DNA of 64,000 bases from Acidobacteriota bacterium (GCA_963666215.2 CAXWPL010000004.1:256001-320000), one strand, 5' to 3'. Counted from the stretch's first letter, positions 19,145-30,051 are shown. Notes: generated by a model from the letters alone, not told the origin. Translations and numbers: made by a program.

Positions 19145-21034
19145 TCAACGACCCGTCGGCTCAACGATCTCCATCAGGCCGGGGGCGAGGTCGGTCAGCG
19201 TCTGAACGACGCCGCTCGGCCAGACGACCTCGACGATCTCGATCTGCGTGGCGTCGCCGAGCCCGAAGTACAGCGGCAATGAGCTCTGCGCCATGTATCC
19301 GGACTTGCCGTCGTGGTAGCGCGTTTGGCTCTGTCCGCCGGCGGTTACCGTCACCCACGCCCCCAGTCCATCGCGGTTCGATTGTGTGCCGCGGAGCGTG
19401 ACCTTCAACGAGCTCACGCTGCGGAGCTGCGCCAGATCGCTGGTCAGGATCTGCGGCTCGGCGCCGAACTCGTTCGTGACGATGTCGAGATCGTGGTCGC
19501 CGTCGAGGTCGAAAAGAACCGAGCCGCGGGTGCTCAAGGTGCCCTGCACCTCGAGGAGGCCGCTTCTGCGCCTGCACAGGCCATGGTCGATGTCGGCTCC
19601 CGGCTGGCAATCGAGAAGGAACCAGGGCTTTCGTATGCGACCGTCGCGACGTGGCTCGATGCTCAGCGGGAACGCGGCGTCGGCAAACCGCGCACCGGCG
19701 GCGTTGAGAAGCAACGAGTTGGGGCTGTAGCGGTAGGGATATCCCATACCGCCCGACACAAAGGCGTCGAGCCATCCATCGGCGTTCATGTCGCCGACGC
19801 TCACGCCCCACGGCCAGTAGGTCTCGGCGCCAATCTCGTCGGAGATCTCCTTGAACCCGGCGTCGCCGTCGTTGCGATAGAAGGCGTTGCCGAAGACGTT
19901 GTTGGCACTGCCCTGGAGCATGTCCTCGGAAAACCGGATGATCGACTTCTCGCGCTCGCGCTCGGGCCCGACCTCCACGCTCATGTCCGAGTGCATGTCG
20001 GTGAGCATCAGGTCGAGGTCGCCATCGTTGTCGAAGTCGAAGAACTTGATCCCCATCGTCCCCCAGGGAGTGGCGCTGAAGTTCGCTTCGGTGGCCTCGA
20101 CGAAGGTGCCTTCGCGATTCTCCCAGTAACGATCGTCGCCCTGCATGTTGGTGAGATAGAGATCAGGATCGCCGTCGCGGTCGAAATCTGTGAGCGACGA
20201 ATCGCCCACCCAGCCGTTCTCCACCAGGCCAACGTCGTCAGACACGTCCTGAAACCGCATGCCGCCGAGGTTGCGGTAAAGAATGCTGCGCTCGGTGCGC
20301 GCCGGTCGCAGGTGACCGCTGAAGGCATCGACCAACCCTTCGTAGGCGCCGTCGGCTCGCTGCACATCGTTGGTGAACACGCCGACGTTGGTCAGGTACA
20401 GATCCAGCAGCCCATCGGCGTCGTAGTCGAAGAAAGTTCCCGTCGAGGAATGGCCGACGTGGTCCAGTCCGGCTTCGTGGGCGATGTCGCGGAAGTGGCC
20501 GCCACCGTCGTTCTCGAACAGAACGTTGCCCCCACGAACCGTGGTGACGAAGAGATCAGGATCACCGTCGTTGTCGACATCCGCGAACGACGCCGCCATG
20601 CTGACCCTATCGGCAAGCCCGACGCCCGCAGCCAGTGTGATGTCTTCGAAGGTGCCGGAGCCGCTGTTGCGGTACAGGTGATTGGCGCCCATCAGGCTGA
20701 CGAAGAACAGGTCGGTCAAACCGTCACCGTCGACATCGGCCGCGACGACGCTTGACCCATGGTCGTAGTGCATGGGAACGAGCGTCTTCTTGCTCTCCTC
20801 GGCAATGCCGTGGACAAACGAGATGCCGCTCTCGGGCAATCGATCGGTGAACCGAAAATCGACCTGCATTCGCAACTCGCCCAGCCGGGCGCGCTGCGCC
20901 GCCGAACGATCGCTCAGAGAAAGCTCGCCGAGATCGGGGTCGGGATACGCGACGGTCTGCGGGACGCCGGATCCGGGCGCTTGAGCGGCGATCAGCGCAG
21001 CGCAGGCGAGCGCCGCGCACAGGCGACGTGACAT
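19145..21034 (-). CDS. CRTAC1/ASPIC-UnbV family FG-GAP repeat protein
   Basis: Signal peptide; many DxDxDGxxDL repeats; C-terminal SNRDGLGA..GYMAQS..LYFGLG..VVWPSG. Confidence 0.92.
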   Translation of the reverse strand: MSRRLCAALACAALIAAQAPGSGVPQTVAYPDPDLGELSLSDRSAAQRARLGELRMQVDFRFTDRLPESGISFVHGIAEESKKTLVPMHYDHGSSVVAADVDGDGLTDLFFVSLMGANHLYRNSGSGTFEDITLAAGVGLADRVSMAASFADVDNDGDPDLFVTTVRGGNVLFENDGGGHFRDIAHEAGLDHVGHSSTGTFFDYDADGLLDLYLTNVGVFTNDVQRADGAYEGLVDAFSGHLRPARTERSILYRNLGGMRFQDVSDDVGLVENGWVGDSSLTDFDRDGDPDLYLTNMQGDDRYWENREGTFVEATEANFSATPWGTMGIKFFDFDNDGDLDLMLTDMHSDMSVEVGPEREREKSIIRFSEDMLQGSANNVFGNAFYRNDGDAGFKEISDEIGAETYWPWGVSVGDMNADGWLDAFVSGGMGYPYRYSPNSLLLNAAGARFADAAFPLSIEPRRDGRIRKPWFLLDCQPGADIDHGLCRRRSGLLEVQGTLSTRGSVLFDLDGDHDLDIVTNEFGAEPQILTSDLAQLRSVSSLKVTLRGTQSNRDGLGAWVTVTAGGQSQTRYHDGKSGYMAQSSLPLYFGLGDATQIEIVEVVWPSGVVQTLTDLAPGLMEIVEPTGR

Positions 21035-21176
21035 CGGAAATGCTCTCGAACGTACGCTTGTGGCAAAGGCTTGGGTGCGGGACGGAGCAAGCTGGCGCTG
21101 AGCGCCCGTCGGCTCGCGGAGCCTACCACGCAGCTTTTTGATGCTCGCAGCTCGTCCCGAAGGTGACGGCCGGGGA

Positions 21177-22535
21177 TCACCTGCCTGTCGTCACCTGGAC
21201 GTAGGTTCCGCGGTTCTGCCAGGCGATGGGTGGTACGGGCGCCATATCGCCGGTCGGACGGAAGTTGATCGACCTCACAGGCGCCTTCCAGGCCTCGACA
21301 TCTTCTCCGTACGTTGCCGCCGCGGCGTCAGCGGCCCTCAACAGCGCCGCCAAGATCAGCAAGCCGCACTCCTCTCGGGTCGTCCCACAATAGGTCCGCC
21401 ATGGTGGATCCTCGGACTGTCCCATATGGAAGCGCAACTCGGAGATGAGCCTCGACGTCCAGGCGTTGGCACCGCCCGCTCCCGGATTGAGCGAAGGCAG
21501 ATTGCCACCGGCAGCATCCAGGATGTCGGCACCCAGCACTGGCTCGAACACGTCGCGTACCAGTGGCCGCCACAACATGTCGAGGAAAGCGACTGCCTTG
21601 CCGTGTTCTAGGACCCCATCGCCGTTGAGGTCCTGCCGCCGGCCGCCGGCCTGTGCCCAAGTGTCGGCAGCCTGCAGCAGTTTTTCGAGTCTGGCGTCGT
21701 CCACCGTTCCGAGGAACTCGCGAAAAGACGGGTAGACGCGCTGGGCGTGGAAATCGGTAACCGCAGCTTCGGTGTGGATCCTGACCAGATCGACGATCGA
21801 AATCGGGCCCTCGTTCGTCGCGGCCACCGTCGGCTCTTTGAGCAATTGGACGCGATGCTCGCCGCCATGGCCCCACGCTTCGTCCTTGACGGGCCAGCCC
21901 AGAGCGCTCGAATTGTTCCAGCCGGCAATCACACCGTCCGGGCCGTTGATGGCCTGGGGATATTGCGACTTGAGCGGGGTTTGAAAGGTATGGGTTTCCG
22001 GGTCGAATCCGACCCAGTCCCATTGGCCAGTGCCCCAGACCGGGAGATCAGTCGACGCTCCCTGTCTGCGGATCGGCACGAGGCCGGCGTCGACCCCCGC
22101 GATGTCCTTCTGGTCGATGTACCACCAGCCGATGTTGTAGGCCGTGCCGGCTACGATTTCGATGAAGTCGGCCGCGGAGCCAACGACCGACGGCGAGAAG
22201 AGCTGCGCGTGGGCCGGATAGTCCATCTCCTCATGCATATACATCGTCCGCGCCTGGGCGAGGGCCACCGGAACACCGTCGACCGTGGCGCGCCCGATAA
22301 CGGGTCCGTGGACGCTGCGCACCGAAGTCAACGTATAGGTGCCACCTCCGTCGGGAAGCCTCTTGACATCGCTGCGTGTTTCGAACGCCAGACACTCGCC
22401 CTTGTAGCTGAAATACATGGATTCAAGGGTGGGTGTGCCGCCATCGGGCTCGCAAAGAATCTCTGCAAACGTGTCGGCCTGATCGGGCGGAAGAATGGTG
22501 ATCGACCAGGCATACCTCTCGCCGCGCCGAGCACG
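21177..22535 (-). pseudogene. penicillin acylase (peptidase S45) C-terminal remnant
   Basis: RGERYAWS, RSVHGPV, LPVWGTGQWDW, PQAIN..GWNN, WQNRGTY. An upstream in-frame stop removes the alpha subunit and catalytic Ser. Confidence 0.8.
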
Positions 22536-22880
22536 TCGCTACGGGTGGCACCGTCCACTCGGCACAACGCCGTTGCGAACTCAGTTAAGCTCCCCAACGT
22601 ACCCGGACCGGGCACCCGTCACCCCGCCAAGGCCGTCTGGAGCTGCCAATTGTGCGCGTTTCCAGGCCAGTTGGCATATACTTAGATAAGAAGGTCTACA
22701 TATTCAATTTGTCGCGTAGCTCCTGGACTGGTAGCGTGACGCTCCTGGTCGGAGCAACGTCCGAGCACAATGAACGTGCAGAATCCCCAGCGATTCGCAC
22801 CCTGCAACGGCTCGATGGGGCCGGCCCCATCGGACGCCTGGAAAGTGTCCCTTCCGTTTCCCGCCGCTGAGCGCCGTGAC

Positions 22881-23591
22881 ATGCCATTCGTCGACTCCGA
22901 GCCCCGGCCGCGTGTTGTGGAGGCTCGCGATCTCGGGCGCCGTTTCGGGTCGACTTGGGCGCTGGCCCACGTAGATCTGGTCGTCCCGCGCGGCCAGACG
23001 GTTCTCCTGATGGGTGCCAACGGGTCGGGCAAAACAACCCTGCTACGGCTGCTCGCCGGGATCTATCGTGCCACCACGGGATCGCTGAGTGTTCTCGGCC
23101 GGGCCCTGCCGGCGGAACGTATGGAATGCCGACGCCACCTGTCTCTTGTCGACCATGAGTCCTACCTCTACGGACGGCTCACGGCGCTCGAAACGCTACG
23201 CATGTGGGCCCGGTTCCTCGGCAAGCAACCATCGGAGAGCGCTCTCCTCGAGCTCCTCGCCGAAGTAGGCCTGGCGGAGCAGCGCAACGCTCCCGCCGAC
23301 GGGTTTTCAGCTGGCATGCGCAAGCGGCTGTCGCTGGCGCGAACACGCCTCGAGCAGCCGCAGTTGTTGCTCCTGGACGAGCCGATGTCCGCTCTCGATG
23401 GCGACGGGCGCCGCATCGTCAGCTCGTGGATCGAGGAATGCCAGCAGAATGGCCACACGATCCTCATGGCGTCGCACGACATCGAGCGCGTCGCCCCCAT
23501 GTGCAACCGCGCCGTACTCCTGCGGCAAGGACAGGTGGCGTGGGACGGCAAAGCCACAGAGGTCGTCGGCAATCGGGTGGTCGGCGGATGA
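22881..23591 (+). CDS. ccmA: haem ABC exporter ATPase
   Basis: GANGSGKTT, FSAGMRKRL, LLLDEP; first gene of the ccm operon. Confidence 0.9.
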   Translation: MPFVDSEPRPRVVEARDLGRRFGSTWALAHVDLVVPRGQTVLLMGANGSGKTTLLRLLAGIYRATTGSLSVLGRALPAERMECRRHLSLVDHESYLYGRLTALETLRMWARFLGKQPSESALLELLAEVGLAEQRNAPADGFSAGMRKRLSLARTRLEQPQLLLLDEPMSALDGDGRRIVSSWIEECQQNGHTILMASHDIERVAPMCNRAVLLRQGQVAWDGKATEVVGNRVVGG

Positions 23592-24307
23592 ACGTCGGGA
23601 TGCAGACCGTTGCTGCTGCGCGGCCCGGGTTGGGCGCTCAGATCTTTTCGATGATCCGCAAGGATCTACTGCTCGAGTGGCGCAGCCGCTCGCGCCTCGT
23701 CTCGCTGCTGCTGTTCGGGGTTGTCACTCTGGTGCTGTTCTCATTCGCCGCCGACGCCGATACCGCGCGGCTGCGAGCCTCGGCCGCCGGTTTTCTCGTG
23801 ATCGCGCTGCTTTTGAGCTCGACGCTAGCGCTGTCGGAGAGCTTCCGGCTGGAGCGCGAGAACAGTGGCATCGAGGGGCTGCTTCTGCTGCCGGCAGACC
23901 CCATCGCGCTGTTCTACGGCAAGGCGCTGTCGAGCACGCTGCTGTTGGCGCTGCTGGCGCCGATTCTGGCGCCGATCGCCATTGTTCTGTACTCACTCAA
24001 CAGTAGCGTCGGCGGGCTGCTCGCCATGCTCGGCATCTGGGCGCTGGCGGCAGCCGGCCTGGCAGCCCCGGGAACGCTCTACGCGGCGATGACCAGCCGA
24101 CTGCAGAGTCGCGATGTGCTGCTGCCGATCCTGCTGTTTCCGCTCGTGGTGCCGGTTCTGCTGGCCACGGTCAAGGCGTTGACTCTGATTCTCAACGGCG
24201 ACGCCATGGGCCAGCTGCGCCCCTGGACACTCTTTCTGCTGAGCTTCGACATCCTTCACTGGAGCTTGGGCGGTATCCTCTTTTCCTATGTCTGTGAGGA
24301 AGCGTGA
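23588..24307 (+). CDS. ccmB: haem exporter protein B
   Basis: RKDLLLEWR, LLPILLFPLVVPVL; ATGA coupling. Confidence 0.92.
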   Translation: MNVGMQTVAAARPGLGAQIFSMIRKDLLLEWRSRSRLVSLLLFGVVTLVLFSFAADADTARLRASAAGFLVIALLLSSTLALSESFRLERENSGIEGLLLLPADPIALFYGKALSSTLLLALLAPILAPIAIVLYSLNSSVGGLLAMLGIWALAAAGLAAPGTLYAAMTSRLQSRDVLLPILLFPLVVPVLLATVKALTLILNGDAMGQLRPWTLFLLSFDILHWSLGGILFSYVCEEA

Positions 24308-24325
24308 CATGAAAGGAACTTGGCC

Positions 24326-25021
24326 ATGAACAGCAAAGCAGTCACGGCCGTCGGGGCTCTCGGGCTCGCCATGCTGCTGGTCGGCAGCACGATCGGCTTG
24401 TTCGTGGCGCCGGCCGAGCGCCACATGGGCGACGTGCAACGCATTATGTACGTGCACGTACCGAGCGCCTGGGCCGCGTTGCTCTGCTTCACCGCGGCAT
24501 TCGGACTGGCGATCGCCTCGTTGTGGTCCGCAAAGCCACGCTACGACGCCCTCATGGTGGGCACTATCGAGACAGGCGTCGTCTTCAACGCGCTGCTGCT
24601 GGCGCAGGGAATGATCTGGGGTCACGCCGCGTGGGGCGTTTGGTGGGATTGGGATGTCCGTCTCACCACATCGCTGGTGATGCTGTTGCTGTTCGCCGGT
24701 GTGCTCGGCTTGCGGAGCTTCGTCGACGACACCGAGCGTCGCGCCGCTTGGAGCGGGGCGGCCACCATCATCGCCTTCGTCGACGTTCCGTTGGTCTACT
24801 TTTGTGTTCGCTGGTGGCGCAGCCTGCACCAGATCCAGTCGTCGCCCGAGACCGTCGATCGAGCCATGACGCTGCCGCTACGGATCAACGCGATCGCGCT
24901 ACTGCTGATGGCGATATGGTGGACCGTCTTCCGTGCCCGTCTGGCGATGGCGCGGCGCCAGGAGGAAACCGTGTCGCAGCCCGCGCGCATTCGCGTGGCC
25001 GAGAGGTATGAGCATGCCTGA
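24326..25021 (+). CDS. ccmC: haem exporter protein C
   Basis: YVHVP, WGHAAWGVWWDWDVRLT (WWD domain), WWRSLHQ. Confidence 0.95.
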   Translation: MNSKAVTAVGALGLAMLLVGSTIGLFVAPAERHMGDVQRIMYVHVPSAWAALLCFTAAFGLAIASLWSAKPRYDALMVGTIETGVVFNALLLAQGMIWGHAAWGVWWDWDVRLTTSLVMLLLFAGVLGLRSFVDDTERRAAWSGAATIIAFVDVPLVYFCVRWWRSLHQIQSSPETVDRAMTLPLRINAIALLLMAIWWTVFRARLAMARRQEETVSQPARIRVAERYEHA

Positions 25022-25157
25022 GGGAGTCATTGTGGGCGGTTGGTCGTACGTCATCGCGGCCTACTCGATTACCGCAATCGGATTGGTGGCCTACACCTGG
25101 AGCCTCTGGTACCGACAGCGGACGGCCGCCCGGCGGAGTCAGAACGATGAACGCTGA
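25014..25157 (+). CDS. ccmD: haem exporter protein D
   Basis: Small single-TM ORF (WSYVIAAY..) with basic tail, between ccmC and ccmE. Confidence 0.75.
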   Translation: MPEGVIVGGWSYVIAAYSITAIGLVAYTWSLWYRQRTAARRSQNDER

Positions 25158-25614
25158 GTCGCGGCGTCGCCGCGTGTTCGCCGTCGTGGCGGTAGCCGTG
25201 TCGATCGCAACCCTGGGCTACCTGGCGTTCGGCAGCATCGGCGAGAACCTCGTCTACTACTGGAGCCCCAGCGAGCTGAAAGATGCCGGCGTCGACGCCG
25301 TTGGGGCAAATGTGCGCCTCGGCGGGCTGGTGGTGCCGGGCTCCATCGTTCACAGCGGCGACAGCCTCGCTTTGAGCTTCGAGGTCACCGACGGCAGCGA
25401 AACGGTGCAGGTGATCGCCAACGCCGTACCACCAGCCATGTTCCGCGGCGGCATCGGTGTTGTGCTCGAAGGCACGCTGCTCGATAACGGCACTTTCGAG
25501 AGCCAGCGACTGATGGTCAAGCACGACAATGAGTACCGCGTACCCGAAGAGGGCGACGCCCGAAGCATCAAAGAGCTCGTCGAGTCGATGCAGTTCGAGG
25601 AAACGGGGCCGTGA
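25147..25614 (+). CDS. ccmE: haem chaperone
   Basis: VYYWSPSE, VRLGGLV, KHDNEY (HxxxY). Confidence 0.95.
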   Translation: MNAESRRRRVFAVVAVAVSIATLGYLAFGSIGENLVYYWSPSELKDAGVDAVGANVRLGGLVVPGSIVHSGDSLALSFEVTDGSETVQVIANAVPPAMFRGGIGVVLEGTLLDNGTFESQRLMVKHDNEYRVPEEGDARSIKELVESMQFEETGP

Positions 25615-27608
25615 CACCTCTCTTTGGCCAGACCTTGCTGCTGGCGGCGCTGCTGCTATGCGCCGTCGGTGCGCCGGTGGGCTACATGGCAGGCGCCTGG
25701 CGCTCGTCGGCCGGGCTGCAGTGGGTGCGCCGCATGGCGCTCGGATACGCGGCGCTCATGGTGATGGCGACGCTGCTGATGGAATACGCGCTCGTGACGC
25801 ACGACTTCAGCGTGTCGTACGTCGCGAGCGTCGGCTCCAGGGCAACGCCGCTGCACATCACGATCGTCTCGCTGTGGTCTTCGCTCGAGGGCTCGATTCT
25901 GTTCTGGGGCCTGTTGCTTGCCGTGTTCACCGCTGGGGTGGCGATACTCCAGCGCCGTGGTCACGAGGACTATCTCGCCTACACGCTCGGGACCCTCTTT
26001 GCCATCGGGATCTTCTTCGGCTTCCTGCTCGCCGGACCCGCGAATCCCTTCCGAGCGACCCTGGGTGGCATTCCGGCTGACGGTCCGGGACCCAACCCGC
26101 TGCTGCAGAACCACGTTCTCATGATCATCCACCCGCCGATGCTCTATCTCGGCTACGTGGGCATGAGCGTGCCGTTTGCCATGGCGGTTGCGGCACTGCT
26201 GCGCGGCCAGCTCGGCCCTACCTGGTTGCTGCCGCTGCGCAACTGGTTGCTGGTACCCGTGAGCTTTCTGTCGCTCGGGATCATGCTGGGCGGTTGGTGG
26301 TCGTACGAAGTCCTCGGCTGGGGCGGTTATTGGGCCTGGGACCCGGTGGAGAACGCGTCGTTCCTGCCCTGGCTCGTCGGGATCGCGGCGCTCCACTCGG
26401 CGATCGTCCAACAGCGCCGCGGCACCCTGAAGGCGTGGACGACAATCCTCATCATGATCGCGTTTCTTCTCACGATCCTCGGCACCTTCCTGACTCGATC
26501 GGGAGTCGTGAACTCGGTGCACGCGTTCAGCTTGAGCGCCATAGGGCCGCTGCTGCTGGGCTTTCTCACGGTCTGTATCGTCGCCGTTGTGGTTCTCCTG
26601 AGCCTACGCATCGACACCTTGGCCTCGGAACCGAACAACGACGCCCTGTGGTCTCGCGAGGGTGCCTTCCTGCTCAACAACCTGCTGCTCGTGACGCTGA
26701 CGTTCACGGTGTTGATCGGCACGCTCTTTCCGATTGTTGCCGAGGCCGTGCGCGGCGTGAAGGTGAGTGTCGGCGAGCCCTTCTTCAACAGGATGGCGGT
26801 GCCGATTGGCTTTGCTCTGGTGCTGCTGATGGGAATCGGACCGGCACTGCCGTGGGGCCGAGCCGACCGCTCCACCGTGCTGCGCGCCGTCCTGACCCCG
26901 ATTCCGGCCGGGCTGGTGGGGTTGCTGCTGGCGGCGACGGCTGGCGCGCGATCGTGGAGCGTGCTCTTCACCTCGGCCATCGCCGGCTACACGCTGTGGG
27001 TAACGTTCGCGCAGGTCGGCAAGCCGGCCCGCCAGCGCGTGCGCCGCGGCGAGCCAGTCGCGACCGCAGTGGCATCGTCGATGCGCCGCGCGCCACGAGT
27101 GTGGGGCGCCTACCTGTCTCACCTCGGAATCATCATCACGTTCGTCGCTATCGCCATCTCGGCGACGCTGCAGCATAGCCAAGAGGGCACCCTGAGGCCC
27201 GGTGGACAGCTGACGATCGGCGAATACGACCTCACGTTCGAACAGGTCGACAGGGTCCAGCAGCCTCACCTCATGTCGCAACGGGCGCGGGTCCACGTCA
27301 ACCACAGGGGCAGCTACGCCGGCGTCCTGGAGCCGGCGCTCAACTTCTACGCCAGCCGACGGGAGCCTCTCGGCACGCCGGCGGTGATGAGATCGGTCAC
27401 ACACGACCTCTATCTGATTCTGATGAACGTCGGGGGCGGCGGCTCTGTGGGGCTGCGCGCCATCGTGACGCCAGCGGTGGGGTGGATCTGGATCGGCGTG
27501 TTCGTGCTCGTGGCTGGCACCCTCGTTTGTTTTGTGCCCGCCGGCTCACCGGTGCCCGTCCGAGTGGCGCGGATCGTACCCAGCGGCGACGAGGAACCGG
27601 CGCGATGA
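25611..27608 (+). CDS. ccmF: cytochrome c haem lyase CcmF
   Basis: HPPMLYLGY, WGGYWAWDPVENAS, TRSG..SVHAF. Confidence 0.96.
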   Translation: MTPLFGQTLLLAALLLCAVGAPVGYMAGAWRSSAGLQWVRRMALGYAALMVMATLLMEYALVTHDFSVSYVASVGSRATPLHITIVSLWSSLEGSILFWGLLLAVFTAGVAILQRRGHEDYLAYTLGTLFAIGIFFGFLLAGPANPFRATLGGIPADGPGPNPLLQNHVLMIIHPPMLYLGYVGMSVPFAMAVAALLRGQLGPTWLLPLRNWLLVPVSFLSLGIMLGGWWSYEVLGWGGYWAWDPVENASFLPWLVGIAALHSAIVQQRRGTLKAWTTILIMIAFLLTILGTFLTRSGVVNSVHAFSLSAIGPLLLGFLTVCIVAVVVLLSLRIDTLASEPNNDALWSREGAFLLNNLLLVTLTFTVLIGTLFPIVAEAVRGVKVSVGEPFFNRMAVPIGFALVLLMGIGPALPWGRADRSTVLRAVLTPIPAGLVGLLLAATAGARSWSVLFTSAIAGYTLWVTFAQVGKPARQRVRRGEPVATAVASSMRRAPRVWGAYLSHLGIIITFVAIAISATLQHSQEGTLRPGGQLTIGEYDLTFEQVDRVQQPHLMSQRARVHVNHRGSYAGVLEPALNFYASRREPLGTPAVMRSVTHDLYLILMNVGGGGSVGLRAIVTPAVGWIWIGVFVLVAGTLVCFVPAGSPVPVRVARIVPSGDEEPAR

Positions 27609-28117
27609 ACCGCGTGGTGTTGGCGGTCGGCGCCTTGGTGGCCGCCCCTCTGCTGATTTTTCTGGCGCTTTCGTTCCGCTCCAACCCAAACGTGATCGAG
27701 TCACCGCTGCTCGGCACCGCGGCGCCCGCCTTCGAGCTGCTCGATCTCGACAGCGGCTCACGGCGACTCGGCGATCTCAAGGGAAAGCCGGTCGTGCTCA
27801 ACTTCTGGGCCAGCTGGTGTGTGCCCTGCGTTGCCGAGAATGCCGTTCTGGCCGACGCTGCGCGCCGATACGCGGGGCAGGTGGGCTTCGTCGGCATCGT
27901 CTACCAGGACGACCCGGTACGAATCCGCATGTTCCAGGCGCAACTCGGCGAATGGGGCCCCGCGCTCATGGACCCGGCCGGGCGCACGGCAATCGCCTAC
28001 GGCGTTTATGGCGTTCCCGAGACCTTCTTTATCGACCGCAACGGGACGATCGTCCATAAGATCACCGGCGCGGTCGACCGCGCGTCGCTCGAGCGCGTTC
28101 TGCGCGACATGCTCTGA
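27605..28117 (+). CDS. ccmG: thiol:disulfide oxidoreductase CcmG/DsbE
   Basis: NFWASWCVPC, YGVYGVPETFFID. Confidence 0.92.
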   Translation: MNRVVLAVGALVAAPLLIFLALSFRSNPNVIESPLLGTAAPAFELLDLDSGSRRLGDLKGKPVVLNFWASWCVPCVAENAVLADAARRYAGQVGFVGIVYQDDPVRIRMFQAQLGEWGPALMDPAGRTAIAYGVYGVPETFFIDRNGTIVHKITGAVDRASLERVLRDML

Positions 28118-28126
28118 GGACACGCC

Positions 28127-28705
28127 ATGCTCTTCGCGAAGACGACGGGTGCAGTCGGCGCGGCGCTCGCGGCGCTCGTGGTAGCGCTCATCCCGATGGC
28201 TGCATCGGCAAGCGGCAGTCAGGCTTCGGCCGACCTCGAACGTATCGTCGGCCCACCTGCCGGCCATGTGCTGGTTGGCCGGGGACTCGAAGAAGCCACC
28301 GAGGCCGTCGCGTCCCTCATGCGCTGCCCAGTGTGTCAAGGGCTGTCGGTGGCGACGTCCGACACCGAGCTGGCACGCTCGATACGTGTTCAAGCTCAAG
28401 AGATGCTCCAGCTGGGCTACACGCAGGATCAGGTTCTCGACTATTTCGAGTACTCCTACGGCGAGTTCATCCGCCTGGCGCCGAAGCCGGAAGGCTTCAA
28501 CCTTGTTGTGTGGATCGCGCCCGGGCTGGCGCTGCTGATTGGAATCGGGCTGGTGACGCTGCGCCTCCGCGGCCAGCGGCCGCCGACACCCGTCGAAGCA
28601 AGCGTGCCGTCGCCGGAAGACAGTGAGCTCGACACCTACTTGAGCCAAGTGAGACGCGAGGTGGGTCCGAGTGGCGGTCCCGGCGCCGGCGGAGCCGAGT
28701 CATGA
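28127..28705 (+). CDS. ccmH: cytochrome c biogenesis protein CcmH
   Basis: MRCPVCQG, YGEFI..P, C-terminal TM segment. Confidence 0.93.
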   Translation: MLFAKTTGAVGAALAALVVALIPMAASASGSQASADLERIVGPPAGHVLVGRGLEEATEAVASLMRCPVCQGLSVATSDTELARSIRVQAQEMLQLGYTQDQVLDYFEYSYGEFIRLAPKPEGFNLVVWIAPGLALLIGIGLVTLRLRGQRPPTPVEASVPSPEDSELDTYLSQVRREVGPSGGPGAGGAES

Positions 28706-30051
28706 TCACGGGGATCTGGCTCCCAGCGTTGGTGGTGCTCGCCGTAGGCGTTGCCGTGGGGGTGGTCGCCGCGCTGCGCATGCGCCGCTCGAGCGCCGGC
28801 GCTCCCGACAACCACAACCTGTCGCTCGACGTGCGCGATCTCGAGCGTCGCCGCGACGAGCTGTACGATCGGCTGCGAAGCTCTGATCTCGACGACGCCG
28901 ATCGGCTGGCGTTGGAGCTCTCCGCGGCGCGCACCCTGCAGCGCCTCGACACGCTGGGTGGGCGGCCCGCGAGCGTCGGCGGCGAGGGCACGGACGTAAA
29001 CCTCGCGGCGGAAAGCACGCTGCCGCAGTCACGCGATACCGGCACCGCCGGCCTGTCGCCCAGCAGCCAGGATGCTGCCGAGCAGCAGGAAGAGCTCGCC
29101 CCCTTCGGGTTCCTCGCTCGTCATCCGCAGCTCAAAGGCTTCCTGTTCGGCGCCAGCGCCGTAACCGTTATCGCCCTGCTGATGTTCTTCGCCGCTCGCG
29201 ACTCGGGTATGACGGCGACGCCGCACCCGGGAGCCGGAGCGGTCGAAAACCTGGACGTCTCGCCGGAACTAGCGGCCCAAATGGAAGAGGCGCGCTCCCA
29301 GCTCGCCGCCAACCCTCAAGATCTTGGCGCCCGCAAGCGACTCGCGCTCATGCTCTTGTCGGTGGGGAATCTGGTTGAAGCGTTCGAAGAAGCCGACCGT
29401 CTCCTGGCTGTCGACTCCGAGGACCTCGATGGGCTCTACGTGCAGGGCGTCGTGCGGCTCAACATGGGGCAGGACGATCTCGCCCTCGACCTGCTCGACC
29501 GCGTGCTGCTGCAGTATCCGCAGCACGTTCGCGCGCTTACCGCGAAGGGCATCATCCTGCTGCGCAACGGCGACCCGCAAGGCGCGACCGCCGTGTGGCA
29601 GCAGGGCCTGGCGATGCTGGGTGGTAGCAACCCCTACATCGAGGAGCTGCTGCGAGGCGCACTGCAAACGAGCGAGGCTCAGGCAGCGGCGCCGACGACA
29701 GCCTCGCCCGCGTCGGCCGGCGCCGCGGCCGGCGGGCGAGCCTACGAGATCGATATCGAGCTCGCCGCCGGGGTCAACGCCTCTCCCGGCGCCACACTTT
29801 TCTTGTCGCTGCGCGACGGGCCAGGGCCACCGATCGCGGTCAAACGGATCGATCGTCCGACATTCCCGCTGCGAGTCGTGCTCGGACCCGACGACACGAT
29901 GCTGGGCCGAGAGCTGGTCGATCGAGGGACCCTGTCGGCGCGTCTCGATGCCGACGGCAGCGTTTCCACGATAGCTCCAACCGACCTCACCGCGGAGAGC
30001 GCGGCCACCGCCGGCACGAGAACGCGGCTGGTGCTGGGAAGTCCGGAGTAG
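28702..30051 (+). CDS. ccmI: CcmI/CycH-like TPR protein
   Basis: Two TM segments, TPRs, C-terminal GPPIAVKRI..FPL..L domain; last gene of the operon. Confidence 0.8.
   Translation: MITGIWLPALVVLAVGVAVGVVAALRMRRSSAGAPDNHNLSLDVRDLERRRDELYDRLRSSDLDDADRLALELSAARTLQRLDTLGGRPASVGGEGTDVNLAAESTLPQSRDTGTAGLSPSSQDAAEQQEELAPFGFLARHPQLKGFLFGASAVTVIALLMFFAARDSGMTATPHPGAGAVENLDVSPELAAQMEEARSQLAANPQDLGARKRLALMLLSVGNLVEAFEEADRLLAVDSEDLDGLYVQGVVRLNMGQDDLALDLLDRVLLQYPQHVRALTAKGIILLRNGDPQGATAVWQQGLAMLGGSNPYIEELLRGALQTSEAQAAAPTTASPASAGAAAGGRAYEIDIELAAGVNASPGATLFLSLRDGPGPPIAVKRIDRPTFPLRVVLGPDDTMLGRELVDRGTLSARLDADGSVSTIAPTDLTAESAATAGTRTRLVLGSPE

Noticed and set aside
22560-22592. Possible integron attC (..CAAC...GTTAAGC)
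   Set aside because: It is too short, has a poor RYYYAAC match, and has no extended pairing, integrase or cassette array.
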